Of a DNA stretch of 51,491 nt, positions 1 through 9,530 are shown one piece after another. The stretch spans positions 1 through 51,491 of the forward strand of contig JAVRLO010000001.1 of NCBI GenBank assembly GCA_031961395.1, read 5' to 3'. The notes under the pieces were generated by a model. The model searched no databases. It had not been told where the DNA came from and saw only the letters and a program-made list of their open reading frames with translations. Numbering within the stretch: position 1 is the stretch's first letter; each line of letters opens with the position of its first letter. This DNA is from Thermoplasmatales archaeon I-plasma. GTDB lineage: Archaea; Thermoplasmatota; Thermoplasmata; Thermoplasmatales; GCA-001856825. Made by a program: the position numbers and the translations under genes.

Positions 1-196
1 TCCTTGAGACGTTCCTGGAAAAACACCTGGGGCATATGGGCATCTGGTAGTATAAAAGTATACTATCTCCCCGGAATGTAAAACTTACAGGTTGATCATC
101 CATATGTAACGATGAGGATGGGTGATCACCGGTATAGTCGTCAAGGGATGTCGTTACAACAACTCTCGATATTCCGGGAATACTGTGTATACGCAT
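1..196 (-). CDS. Partial hypothetical ORF running off the left edge (first ~65 codons, contains CPRC)
   Basis: Hand translation of the minus strand from the ATG at 196 gives MRIHSIPGISRVVVTTSLDDYTGDHPSSSLHMDDQPVSFTFRGDSILLYYQMPICPRCFSRNVSR with no stop before position 1. The region is visibly more GC-rich than local intergenic DNA. No family recognised. Confidence 0.3.
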   Translation of the reverse strand, partial: MRIHSIPGISRVVVTTSLDDYTGDHPSSSLHMDDQPVSFTFRGDSILLYYQMPICPRCFSRNVSR

Positions 197-319
197 GGAA
201 AATAATAGCAAGAGAGTATTTCATGTTTTCTATACCAACGATAGAAAATGAATATTTTCAACTAAGATTTGACTGTCTCTATTTGGAAATTTAAAATAGA
301 GATTATTTCTTTAAGCACC

Positions 320-1246
320 TTACGGAGTCTTTACCACGATCCTCGTTAGAGAGGAATGTACTCTTATTTTATCTACTATTGTAAAGGTTGTGTAATTTCC
401 CAAATCATTAAGCAGCTCTTCATTTGGTAAACAGAATACAGAAGTCACGTCTCTCATTCCTACAATAAGCGTAAAGAAATCCTTGTAAAGAGTTTTCCTT
501 GAGTCTGAAAATATTTTGCTACCTCGCCCGTACGGAGGATCTGTTACTATTGAGTTTATGCCTTTAATTGAACTTACCAGCGAAAAATCTCCGTGCTTTA
601 TAGTTCTTTCGAATGAGAAAAATGATAAGTTGTCGTTTCCCCCATTTACCATCTTCCTGTTTTTGTCAGTTCCTACTGCCCTGATGCCCATCCTGTTTGC
701 TTCTATCAATATGGTTCCTGTGCCAGCAAATGGATCAGCAATCAGATCCCCTTCTTTGACCCCTGAAACATTGATCATACCTCTTGCTATAATTGGAGAT
801 ATACTTGAAGGATGATTCATTGGCTTATTCTTAAATTTTGGATCTATCAACTTTTTAATAGATCTTTCGTAGAGTTCCTCTGTAACTAGGAAATAATTCT
901 TATTGTAAATTACAAATTTTCTAGAAGGAAATCTTAAATTTACCTTACCCCCAATCCTTGAAGCAACTTCGCGTAACACGGACTGTTTATCTTGATTTCT
1001 TATTTCCTTAATTGCATAAGTCTCTTCATCCCCCAAATTTATTGGTAAATCATCTGATTTTAATATTCTAACTATTCTCTTTGAAAAAGCGACTCTTTTT
1101 ATGATTTTTTCTGGATTTTCCGTCTCAAAAAATATGAGATCCTCATTAATTCCGCTTATTTGACCGCCATAAGCTCTTAGAAGTCCATTCAATTCTGATT
1201 TGGAAAATGAAAATGAATCTTTAGGAAACTCAGATGCGAACATCAT
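320..1246 (-). CDS. THUMP-domain RNA (guanine-N2) methyltransferase, Trm11/Trm-G10-like
   Basis: 308-aa ORF. SAM motif I is ADPFAGTGTILIEA and motif IV is TDPPYG, preceded by an N-terminal domain of THUMP-like size. Confidence 0.65.
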   Translation of the reverse strand: MMFASEFPKDSFSFSKSELNGLLRAYGGQISGINEDLIFFETENPEKIIKRVAFSKRIVRILKSDDLPINLGDEETYAIKEIRNQDKQSVLREVASRIGGKVNLRFPSRKFVIYNKNYFLVTEELYERSIKKLIDPKFKNKPMNHPSSISPIIARGMINVSGVKEGDLIADPFAGTGTILIEANRMGIRAVGTDKNRKMVNGGNDNLSFFSFERTIKHGDFSLVSSIKGINSIVTDPPYGRGSKIFSDSRKTLYKDFFTLIVGMRDVTSVFCLPNEELLNDLGNYTTFTIVDKIRVHSSLTRIVVKTP

Positions 1247-1332
1247 CTTTAGCTGATAACTTTAAAAGATAATAATTCACACCATCGCTAATTGTATGCA
1301 TGAAATAATTATATTAAAAGAAATACCTATCA

Positions 1333-2337
1333 GTGACTAACTACAGGGGGGCAGGGGTAGATTTCGAATCTATTGGTTCATTCAGAAGAAATCTTATTTC
1401 AGCCATTAGATACAAAGGAGATAAATACATGATGGCATCAGAGATAGGCCATTATGCTGGACTAGTAAAATTCAAGGATGGATTTTTGGCTCTTCACACA
1501 GACGGAGTCGGAACTAAAACCATATATGCTATGAAATTTGATTATTTTGATGAAATAGGATTTGATCTTGTTGGAATGAATGTTAATGATATCGTATCAA
1601 TAGGTGCTGAGCCTATCGCGTTGGTAGATTATGTTGCAAGTTCAGTATTTTCGCCAGAGCTGGGATTGAAAATAGGCAAAAGCATAAACAAAGCATGTGA
1701 AAGGGCCAGAACACCTCTTATTGGCGGTGAAACTGCTTCTATCCCTGATATCATAAAGGGGATAGATATCTCAGCAACAGTTGTTGGATTTTTAGGGGAA
1801 GATAGGATAATTGATGGATCTAGAATAAAGGATGGTGATGCAATAATTGGGCTTGCAAGTTCTGGAATTCACTCTAATGGTTTTTCGCTTATAAGAAAAA
1901 TATATGACAAAAATGAAAAGCTACTTTATGAAGAATTTATGGGCATCCCACTTTGGAAGGTTTTATTGAAAGGAACAACCATTTACTCTAGTGATATATT
2001 GCATATAATAGAGAAATGCGAAATCCATGGGTTGGCTCATATCACTGGTGGTGGCCTAAGAAACTTGAATAGACTCTCAAGGAAAAAATTTTTAATTGAT
2101 AACTTTAAAATTAATCCTCTATTTCTTAAAATAAAAGAAGACGGAAAATTGGATCTGAAAGATATGTTTGAAACGTTCAATATGGGCTATGGTTACATAA
2201 TAATTGCACCAAATGATTGTTATGATTTAATTGCCAATGAATTGAAGACCTATAATCCTGAAATTATAGGAAGAGTAGAGAAGGGAGAAGAGGTGGAACT
2301 TAAACAGTTTGGAATAACCTACAAAGGTTATTATTGA
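1333..2337 (+). CDS. purM: Phosphoribosylformylglycinamidine cyclo-ligase (AIR synthetase)
   Basis: 334 aa with a GTG start. The N-terminus YRGAGVDFES, then HTDGVGTK, GGETA and SSGIHSNGFSL, are PurM hallmarks. Confidence 0.9.
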   Translation: MTNYRGAGVDFESIGSFRRNLISAIRYKGDKYMMASEIGHYAGLVKFKDGFLALHTDGVGTKTIYAMKFDYFDEIGFDLVGMNVNDIVSIGAEPIALVDYVASSVFSPELGLKIGKSINKACERARTPLIGGETASIPDIIKGIDISATVVGFLGEDRIIDGSRIKDGDAIIGLASSGIHSNGFSLIRKIYDKNEKLLYEEFMGIPLWKVLLKGTTIYSSDILHIIEKCEIHGLAHITGGGLRNLNRLSRKKFLIDNFKINPLFLKIKEDGKLDLKDMFETFNMGYGYIIIAPNDCYDLIANELKTYNPEIIGRVEKGEEVELKQFGITYKGYY

Positions 2338-2565
2338 ATTATGTTCTATTTCCATAAAAAATGGGGTAACAATGATTTAACGCCATAACATCTCTAAAAG
2401 CACTACGCTTTACAATAGATATTCCTGATTCTCCAATTTTTGTTAAATTTTATGAGTTAATAAGATTTTTACGATCTAACATTTATTGAAAGAGCAGATT
2501 ATCTATTCTAAACAAAGTTTATATCATTTTAGTTAATACTGCTATAAATAATTAGGAGTGATAAA

Positions 2566-3084
2566 ATGATAGGAAAACAGGCACCGGATTTTAAGGCGAA
2601 CGCATTTGTGGACGGAAAAATAAAAGAGATATCTCTTTCCTCATACAGAGGAAAATGGGTAGTTCTATTTTTCTACCCGGCAGATTTTACATTTGTTTGC
2701 CCGACTGAGGTTGAAGGTTTTGCAGAAAAGTATGAAGATTTTAAGGAAAAGAATGCTGAAATTTTATCTGTTAGCAGGGATACTGTATACGTTCATAAGG
2801 CCTGGGTAGAGAATGATGAGAGAGTCGCGAAGGCAAAATACCCGATGATAGAAGACAGGAAGGGATTGATCTCTGAAGCCTACGGAGTCTTGGATGAAAA
2901 TTCTGGAAACTCACAGAGGGGATTGTTCATAATCAACCCTGAAGGCATAATAAAATATATGGTTGTAACAGATGATAATGTAGGGAGAAGTACTGAAGAA
3001 ACCATGAGGGTTCTTCTTGCTTTACAGTCTGGAGGACTTTGCCCAGTAGACTGGGAACCAGGTAAGCCTACGTTAAAAATTTAA
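2566..3084 (+). CDS. Peroxiredoxin (AhpC/TSA family)
   Basis: 172 aa with the peroxidatic Cys motif FTFVCPTE and WVVLFFYPADF. AGGAGTGA Shine-Dalgarno sequence upstream. Confidence 0.9.
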   Translation: MIGKQAPDFKANAFVDGKIKEISLSSYRGKWVVLFFYPADFTFVCPTEVEGFAEKYEDFKEKNAEILSVSRDTVYVHKAWVENDERVAKAKYPMIEDRKGLISEAYGVLDENSGNSQRGLFIINPEGIIKYMVVTDDNVGRSTEETMRVLLALQSGGLCPVDWEPGKPTLKI

Positions 3085-3113
3085 AATTTTTATTTTTATA
3101 TAATTTTTTCAAT

Positions 3114-3380
3114 TTATCTTATTATTTTGAAATCGTCAAAGTCATCCTCCTCCATATAGTCGATTTTCTTGTCTGATACGATGGCATCAGGTATCTCTGT
3201 TTCGCAGAAATTAATTAGTCTTTCGACTGACTCTGGAGGCCCCTGGAATATAGCTTCGACGCTCCCGTCAGGGTTGTTTTTTATCCAACCCTTTATATTG
3301 AGACTTTTAGCCATTCTTCTTGTCTTTTCCCTAAATCCAACACCCTGAACTATTCCTTTGAATACTATGTGAATTTGCAT
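3114..3380 (-). CDS. acyP: Acylphosphatase
   Basis: 88 aa with the VQGVGFR signature loop and typical length. Confidence 0.85.
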   Translation of the reverse strand: MQIHIVFKGIVQGVGFREKTRRMAKSLNIKGWIKNNPDGSVEAIFQGPPESVERLINFCETEIPDAIVSDKKIDYMEEDDFDDFKIIR

Positions 3381-3464
3381 TGTAGTTAAATATTAATCCA
3401 TTAATAAACATTAGTTCTTATCTATCAAATAAAATTTAAATAATTCAAGTTTATTTGAAAATAT

Positions 3465-4430
3465 ATGACTCAGAATACACAGCCAAAGAATAGAGATAAC
3501 AGATTTGTAAAGTATATAGCAGTAATAATAGTGCTAGTGGTTCTTGCCTCGGGAGCTTTCGTTTATTTTAACAGTTTAAACGGTTCTCCCAAAGCTAACA
3601 AAACTGTAACAGTGACAGATGACCTTGGAAGACGCGTGAACATAACATTGCCAGTAACAAGGGTAGTGTCCATGGATCCGTCTAATACTCAGATGATGTA
3701 CGCAATAGGTGCGGGAAATCTTTTGGTTGCAGATACAAGCTACGATTGGTGGCCTAGCAATTCCACTTCACTACCTAAAGTTGAGATGGATAACGGTACT
3801 GCCTCGGTAGAGGAGGTTGTTTCATTCAAGCCTAATTTAGTATTAGCTACCACCATTCAACCGATGTCAATAGTAGATCAACTTGAAAATTTGAGCATAC
3901 CAGTGCTTGTTCTTGAACCACAGAATATTTCTGGTATTTACAGGGATATGTACGTTCTAGGGAACGTTACCGGTCACGAAAATGGTGCTATAAATGAAAT
4001 CACGAAAATGAAAAATTATATTTCAGGCATTTCACAAAAAGTTGATGAATACAAAAAGATAAGCGTCTTATATATGCTTTGGCCAGATCCCATTTATACA
4101 GTAGGTCCGGGGAGTTTCATAAATGATATAATTAACACTGCGAATGGATTTAACATTGCCTCTAATTTATCAAGTCCTTATCCTATAATTGGAAATGAAA
4201 CCATAGTGGCCGATAATCCTCAGGCAATTATTGTAGATAACGGAACTGGAATCTCAAACATATCTTACTTTACAAGCAATCCAATATGGCAAAATATTTC
4301 AGCTGTAAAAAATGACAAAATATTATTCCTGAATACTACAGAATCAAACGAAATGGATGAACCAGGACCACTGACAGTGTACGCTGTTCAAATTGTCGCA
4401 GAATTCCTATATCCTCAGGCATTTTCATGA
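3465..4430 (+). CDS. ABC transporter substrate-binding protein, Fe-siderophore/cobalamin (FecB/BtuF-like) class
   Basis: 321 aa with an N-terminal TM anchor. It is the first gene of a binding protein-permease-ATPase operon and overlaps the FecCD permease gene by 4 nt. Confidence 0.7.
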   Translation: MTQNTQPKNRDNRFVKYIAVIIVLVVLASGAFVYFNSLNGSPKANKTVTVTDDLGRRVNITLPVTRVVSMDPSNTQMMYAIGAGNLLVADTSYDWWPSNSTSLPKVEMDNGTASVEEVVSFKPNLVLATTIQPMSIVDQLENLSIPVLVLEPQNISGIYRDMYVLGNVTGHENGAINEITKMKNYISGISQKVDEYKKISVLYMLWPDPIYTVGPGSFINDIINTANGFNIASNLSSPYPIIGNETIVADNPQAIIVDNGTGISNISYFTSNPIWQNISAVKNDKILFLNTTESNEMDEPGPLTVYAVQIVAEFLYPQAFS

Positions 4431-5413
4431 AGGGTAGATTTTACCTTATTGCTTTTTTTCTTATTTTAATAACCATATTAGACTTTTTGATATCTGTAGC
4501 TATAGGACCTGTTCACATATCAATTTATTCAATACTGAATGTTTTCTATAATAAGTTATCAGGCCACAGTTATTCCTGGACATATTACACTATAATTTTC
4601 TATATCAGGATGCCAAGAGTAATACTGGCTCTACTTGTTGGATCAATATTGGGACTTTCTGGTCTAATCGCTCAGACAATTTTCAGGAATCCTCTTGGCG
4701 ATCCATATTTAACTGGAGTTTCTAGTGGAGCTGCTCTTGGAGCTGCAATCGGATTCCTTGTATCACCTTTCCTCGTATCTCCTTTGGCATTCATCTTCGC
4801 TATGATGGCTGTAGGAATTACTTTTTTACTGTCGAGGACGGATGGGGAAGTAAAGGCAGAAATTTTGATTCTTTCAGGTATTTCTGTAAGTTTTTTATTT
4901 TCGGCTGCCGCCTCCTACCTGATATATTTAAAGGAATACAATCTCAGAGGGGTTTTATTCTGGATCCTCGGTGGATTATATGGGGCCAACTGGAGTGAGG
5001 ATTTCTGGCTTTTTATTGCGGTCCTGGTTATATTTCCTGTAATAATTTACTTTACTCGGGAACTGGACATACTTCTCCTGGGGGATGAAGAGGCAAAATC
5101 CCTAGGGGTAAATGCTGGCAGGATTAAGACTATAGTCATCATATTTTCTAGTCTAATAACAAGCTTAGCTGTATCTCTTACTGGAATAATTGGATTCATA
5201 GGCCTTGTTTCTCCCCATATCGGCAGAAAAATTTTCGGAGAGTCGCATAAGTTTTTGATATTTACTGCACCGCTTATAGGTGCAAACTTGCTACTAATAA
5301 GTGATACTATTGCTAGAAGCACTCCACAGGGGGAGATTCCGGTTGGGATAATCACATCATTCATAGGTTCTCCTTTGCTTATATACCTCTTATATAGGAG
5401 AAGAAAAGTATGA
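4427..5413 (+). CDS. FecCD-family ABC permease (iron-chelate/B12 type)
   Basis: 328 aa and polytopic. RMPRVILALLVGSILGLSG and the C-terminal PVGIITSFIGSPLLIYLL are typical FecCD/BtuC motifs. Confidence 0.85.
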   Translation: MKGRFYLIAFFLILITILDFLISVAIGPVHISIYSILNVFYNKLSGHSYSWTYYTIIFYIRMPRVILALLVGSILGLSGLIAQTIFRNPLGDPYLTGVSSGAALGAAIGFLVSPFLVSPLAFIFAMMAVGITFLLSRTDGEVKAEILILSGISVSFLFSAAASYLIYLKEYNLRGVLFWILGGLYGANWSEDFWLFIAVLVIFPVIIYFTRELDILLLGDEEAKSLGVNAGRIKTIVIIFSSLITSLAVSLTGIIGFIGLVSPHIGRKIFGESHKFLIFTAPLIGANLLLISDTIARSTPQGEIPVGIITSFIGSPLLIYLLYRRRKV

Positions 5414-6147
5414 TTAAATTGACTAATCTTTCAGTTAGATTCGGGGATTATTACGCTCTAAAAAATATTAACATAAAAATAGATAAAGGTGAAAATTTGG
5501 TTATTATAGGCCCTAACGGTTCAGGTAAAACTACATTGCTTAAGGCAATTCTTGGCATCATAAAATATGAAGGGAAGGTAGAGATTGACGGTAAAGATTT
5601 AAAATCACTTTCAAGGACTGAAATAGCAAGGAATATTTCTTATGTGCCTCAAATATTCTCTACCCCATTTTCCTTTACAGTAAAGGAACTCGTTTCTATG
5701 GGTCTCTATTGGAAGAAAAGGGACTGGTGGGACGAAGAAAATGATGTTGACGAGGCTCTTAAGATTACAAATATATACAGTATCAAGGATAGATACATTA
5801 ACAAGATTTCCGGAGGTGAGCTACAGAAATCACTCATTGCCAGAGCTTTTGTCCAGGATTCAGAATTTATTGCTATGGATGAGCCTATGTCACATCTTGA
5901 TGTAAAGGCAATTCTGGAAATATCCTCAATAATTTCCCAGCTGTCTGAGCGTGGCAAAGGAATCATACTTATTTCCCACGATGTTAATATAATCAAAAAT
6001 ATGAAGTGTAAAATTTTAATGCTTAAAAATGGTGAAGCTATTTTTCTGGGACAAGAAGATGATGATAATTTTATTGCGTCATTAGAGCAGACCTTTGAAG
6101 TGAAAGTACATAAGAATGAAGAAATTTATTACTTTACAAAGTTATAG
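5410..6147 (+). CDS. ABC transporter ATP-binding protein (FepC/BtuD-like)
   Basis: 245 aa. Walker A is GPNGSGKTT, the ABC signature is ISGGELQ, and Walker B is FIAMDEP. Confidence 0.9.
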   Translation: MIKLTNLSVRFGDYYALKNINIKIDKGENLVIIGPNGSGKTTLLKAILGIIKYEGKVEIDGKDLKSLSRTEIARNISYVPQIFSTPFSFTVKELVSMGLYWKKRDWWDEENDVDEALKITNIYSIKDRYINKISGGELQKSLIARAFVQDSEFIAMDEPMSHLDVKAILEISSIISQLSERGKGIILISHDVNIIKNMKCKILMLKNGEAIFLGQEDDDNFIASLEQTFEVKVHKNEEIYYFTKL

Positions 6148-6994
6148 TCAGTCCGTTCAAAGAAATTTTCGATTTTATGGGATTTCCATATTTTCTTAAA
6201 ATATCAAAAGTTTCATGGTCATAAGGAGCGATAATGCTTTCACCTATTAGGGATACTGTTGCTGGTTTACTCTGAAGGTCCTCAAGGATTGACATAGCAC
6301 GAGGAAGAATAAGATTTGATTCGGTAGCAAATTTTCTCCCCTGGATAAATGCGTTTTCCAGCGTTGGCTTCCTGAGAAAATTTTTAAGTGCTTTAGAACC
6401 ATTCTTTCTAATTGTTTCAACGATTCCATCAGAGTTTATAACTTCTCCAGTTGGTATCTTTTTCTTATACGGCAGAAGAACTATCTCCTTCTCTGATACA
6501 AGAATCCTTTCAGTTATAGAGTATGGAAAACTTCCTCCTCTTAACCTTACATGAAATCCTCCATTAATCTGTGACTGCACATCACCCAGACCAGTCCCTC
6601 TACTTATTTCTATTTCGTGTGAGAGATTATAGATATAACCAATTGGTGTATTATTACCCAAAATTGCAGCAGCCGTAGTAAGCGCAGCAGCTGCGCTAAG
6701 ACCAAAACCGCTGGATGGTGGCAGATCAGACGAAGAAATAATCTTTCCATTAAACTTCAACAGGTTAGCTACTTCTTCCTGAATGGAGTTGTCTATTGGG
6801 ATACCATTGAAACGAACTTCTATATTAGGTCCAGGGATAATCCTAGTCTTCATTCCGGACTCTAGGCATATTGCAACACCCCTTGACCCCTTCCTTTTAA
6901 AGTCTTTGAACCTGTTAGGTATAAAGAAGAGGGTGGCACTACCAGGAGAGAATGCCTCAGCATAAGGTTCTGAGAATTTTTCTTGCAACTTCAT
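6134..6994 (-). CDS. GHMP-family kinase, pantoate kinase-like (COG1829-like)
   Basis: GHMP motif PPSSGFGLSAAAALTTAAA, plus N-terminal AFSPGSATLFF and GTGLGDVQSQINGG, which resemble what I recall of archaeal pantoate kinase. The ATG at 6994 follows GGTGA with a 5-nt spacer; the track start at 7003 is a GTG. The start lies inside the coaBC 3' end. Confidence 0.55.
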   Translation of the reverse strand: MKLQEKFSEPYAEAFSPGSATLFFIPNRFKDFKRKGSRGVAICLESGMKTRIIPGPNIEVRFNGIPIDNSIQEEVANLLKFNGKIISSSDLPPSSGFGLSAAAALTTAAAILGNNTPIGYIYNLSHEIEISRGTGLGDVQSQINGGFHVRLRGGSFPYSITERILVSEKEIVLLPYKKKIPTGEVINSDGIVETIRKNGSKALKNFLRKPTLENAFIQGRKFATESNLILPRAMSILEDLQSKPATVSLIGESIIAPYDHETFDILRKYGNPIKSKISLNGLTITL

Positions 6995-8126
6995 CTTTCT
7001 CACCTTCTACCTTGTTATAACTCTCACCCGTAACTATGTATACTCTAGTTCTCCCGGCCTTTACGTAATTAAGATCATTTGCTACGACCGCATAAAGACC
7101 ATATTCCTTTAATCTTCTTCTAGCTCTTTCAATTAATTCTTCCTCTGAAATCCCGATCTCTGCCTTGAAACCTATTAGCTTCCCTTTAAAATCCTGCGCT
7201 AAAACTTTTAAAACTTTCGGGGTTGGTTTTAAATTGAGTTTAATACCCTCGTCAGATGAAATTTTTCCTTCTCTTTTTTCAGGAGTAAAATCGGATAGGG
7301 CTGCGGGAACTATTATTACATCATTTTTGAGAATTCTGTCCTTCATTTTAAGGAGATTTTCAACTGTTGTGAAATCTTTAAATTTAAGAAATCCAGGTCT
7401 TTGCACCCTAGTCATTCCGAAATATAGGTCAACATCCGCGCCCATATAAAAAGCTTCTTTTGCAAGTGATAATGATGTTTCTCCAGATGATGTGTTTGTT
7501 ATTACTCTTACGTCATCTATATATTCTATACTAGAACCACCGATGATACATACCTTCTTACCTTCCAGCTCTTTATTCAGCGTCCTTATTATTATAGACA
7601 CTATTGTATCTGTATCAGAAATTTTTGCCTTACCTTCTTCTTCTTTGGGGTCTACAAAAATAACACCATTTGATTTCAGGTTCTCTATATTTCTTCTTAT
7701 AATTGGATTGGAATACATCCCTTTGTGCATTGCGGGAACTACTACCACTGGGATTTTTCCTAACGCGTTGGTAAAAAAAGATGTTACTGGGGTATCATCG
7801 ATTCCGCAGGCCATTTTTGATATCGTATTTGCTGTTGCAGGAGCCACAATGAATATATCAGACTCTCTTACCATAGACACATGCTCAATTTTGCCTGTAA
7901 TCTCCGTGACTACAACGTTTTCAGAGGCATATTCTAATGCCTGTACGCCTATCAATTTAAGAGCCGAATTTGTTGCAACAACATTCACTTCTCCCCCATG
8001 CCTCCTGAGTTCATGAATCAATTTAACTGATTCAACAGCAGCTATTGACCCGGTAATTCCAAGGATTATTTTCTTACCCTTAAGATAATCTGATTTGATT
8101 TTTAAATCTGAGTTTTCTAATTGCAC
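6957..8126 (-). CDS. coaBC: Bifunctional phosphopantothenoylcysteine decarboxylase / phosphopantothenate-cysteine ligase
   Basis: Flavoprotein domain KKIILGITGSIAAVE...APATANTISKMACGIDD followed by a CoaB domain (ITNTSSGETS, AALSDF). The longest ORF (to 8288) would overlap cysS by 108 nt. The GTG at 8126 gives MQLENSDLKIKSDYLKGKKI and a normal ~389-aa protein. Confidence 0.85.
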   Translation of the reverse strand: MQLENSDLKIKSDYLKGKKIILGITGSIAAVESVKLIHELRRHGGEVNVVATNSALKLIGVQALEYASENVVVTEITGKIEHVSMVRESDIFIVAPATANTISKMACGIDDTPVTSFFTNALGKIPVVVVPAMHKGMYSNPIIRRNIENLKSNGVIFVDPKEEEGKAKISDTDTIVSIIIRTLNKELEGKKVCIIGGSSIEYIDDVRVITNTSSGETSLSLAKEAFYMGADVDLYFGMTRVQRPGFLKFKDFTTVENLLKMKDRILKNDVIIVPAALSDFTPEKREGKISSDEGIKLNLKPTPKVLKVLAQDFKGKLIGFKAEIGISEEELIERARRRLKEYGLYAVVANDLNYVKAGRTRVYIVTGESYNKVEGEKDEVARKILRTLC

Positions 8127-8180
8127 ATTTAGACATTCTCTTTTTAGTAAAAAATTTAATGATGTTTTATATGCATTTAC

Positions 8181-9530
8181 ATGAAACTCTACGATACGCT
8201 TTCCTTGTCCAATAAAGAGGTTATAACAAATGGGACGAAGAAGCTTAAAATGTTCGTCTGCGGACCAACTGTTTATGATGATCCTCATCTAGGACACGCC
8301 AAAACAAATATATTTTTTGATGTGCTGGCCAAGTATCTTCGCTTCAAAGGCTACAAGCTTCTTTACATTATGAACATCACTGATATTGATGATAAGATAA
8401 TAAACAGATCAAATGAAAGCAGGGTTGAATGGCAAAAAATTGTAGAAACTTATTCCTCCTCCTTTTTTGATATGATGAAGAAGCTAAGAGTTGATTCCGT
8501 TAATTATTATGCTTTTGCAACTGATTATATCAATGAAATAATAGACCAAATTTTGAGACTTCAAGAAAAAGGGTTTGCATACGAAACAAGTGATGGCGTT
8601 TATTTCAGCGTTAGAATGTTCAAGGATTACGGGAAGTTATCACATCAGTCAATAGATGATTTACTTTCAGGTGCGAGAGTAACAGTAAACGAAAATAAAA
8701 AAGATCCATTAGATTTTGCTCTCTGGAAGAAGAGAAAGCCAGGAGAACCTTACTGGGACAGCCCGTGGGGTCCTGGTAGACCAGGATGGCATATTGAAGA
8801 CACTGCTATAACAGAATCTATTCTTGGACCTCAGTACGATATACATGGAGGCGGAGCAGACCTTATTTTTCCACATCATGAATCAGAAATTGCCCAAATG
8901 GAGGGTGTTTCTGGCAGAATTCCAATGGTAAATTATTGGGTACATACCGGTCATCTCAATGTAGAAAATGTAAAGATGAGTAAGAGCCTTAAGAATTTTG
9001 TATCACCAAGAGAGGTCCTTTTAAAATACTGGCCAGAGGCTATCAGGATATACCTTCTTTCCATGAAATACCGAAGTACGGCTAACTACAGCGAGAAGGG
9101 GCTTTCTGACAGTCAGGATTTTGCTGAGAAATTGGCCTTGTTATATCATCGTGTTAAAAATTCTACTCCAGTTGATTCTGACAGTTCAAGAGGAGTAATT
9201 GAAAATATTACCAATTCACTTGAAAACGATATGAACACTCAAGAATCTTTAGTAAAGATAAACGATTTTCTTAAGGATTCGCTATCAAAAACAAAAATTT
9301 CCAGTAATGGTAATGGAGAGATTCTCTATGTTCTAAATACAATAGATGAAATATTCAGCATTGTTCATCACCCTCCTATGCCGGAAGGAATAGGTAACTT
9401 AATTTTAAAAACAAGAGATATAGCCAGGAAAAACTCTGATTTCAAAACTGCGGACGAAATAAGGGATGAATTAAATAAAATTGGAATAAAAATAGAGGAT
9501 TCATATGGAGGGAGCTACATATGGTGGTAG
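8181..9530 (+). CDS. cysS: Cysteine--tRNA ligase
   Basis: 449 aa with class I motifs HLGH and KMSKS, and the CysRS-type N-terminus MKLYDTLS...MFVCGPTVYD. Confidence 0.95.
   Translation: MKLYDTLSLSNKEVITNGTKKLKMFVCGPTVYDDPHLGHAKTNIFFDVLAKYLRFKGYKLLYIMNITDIDDKIINRSNESRVEWQKIVETYSSSFFDMMKKLRVDSVNYYAFATDYINEIIDQILRLQEKGFAYETSDGVYFSVRMFKDYGKLSHQSIDDLLSGARVTVNENKKDPLDFALWKKRKPGEPYWDSPWGPGRPGWHIEDTAITESILGPQYDIHGGGADLIFPHHESEIAQMEGVSGRIPMVNYWVHTGHLNVENVKMSKSLKNFVSPREVLLKYWPEAIRIYLLSMKYRSTANYSEKGLSDSQDFAEKLALLYHRVKNSTPVDSDSSRGVIENITNSLENDMNTQESLVKINDFLKDSLSKTKISSNGNGEILYVLNTIDEIFSIVHHPPMPEGIGNLILKTRDIARKNSDFKTADEIRDELNKIGIKIEDSYGGSYIWW

Noticed and set aside
112-294. 60-aa plus-strand ORF near the left edge.
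   Set aside because: No recognisable motif. It overlaps the more convincing minus-strand open frame (1-196) and runs into AT-rich spacer.
516-815. Track ORFs antisense to strong genes. Examples: 516-815, 5047-5364, 5706-5996, 7165-7449, 7492-8016, 10350-10982, 15053-15349, 22311-22724, 23188-23920, 25471-25875, 26534-26845, 35789-36226, 36345-36779, 42003-42989 and 50527-50859.
   Set aside because: Each lies fully inside, and opposite to, an ORF with clear family motifs. Their translations are low-complexity (Ser/Leu/Phe/Ile-rich), as expected for shadow frames in AT-rich DNA.
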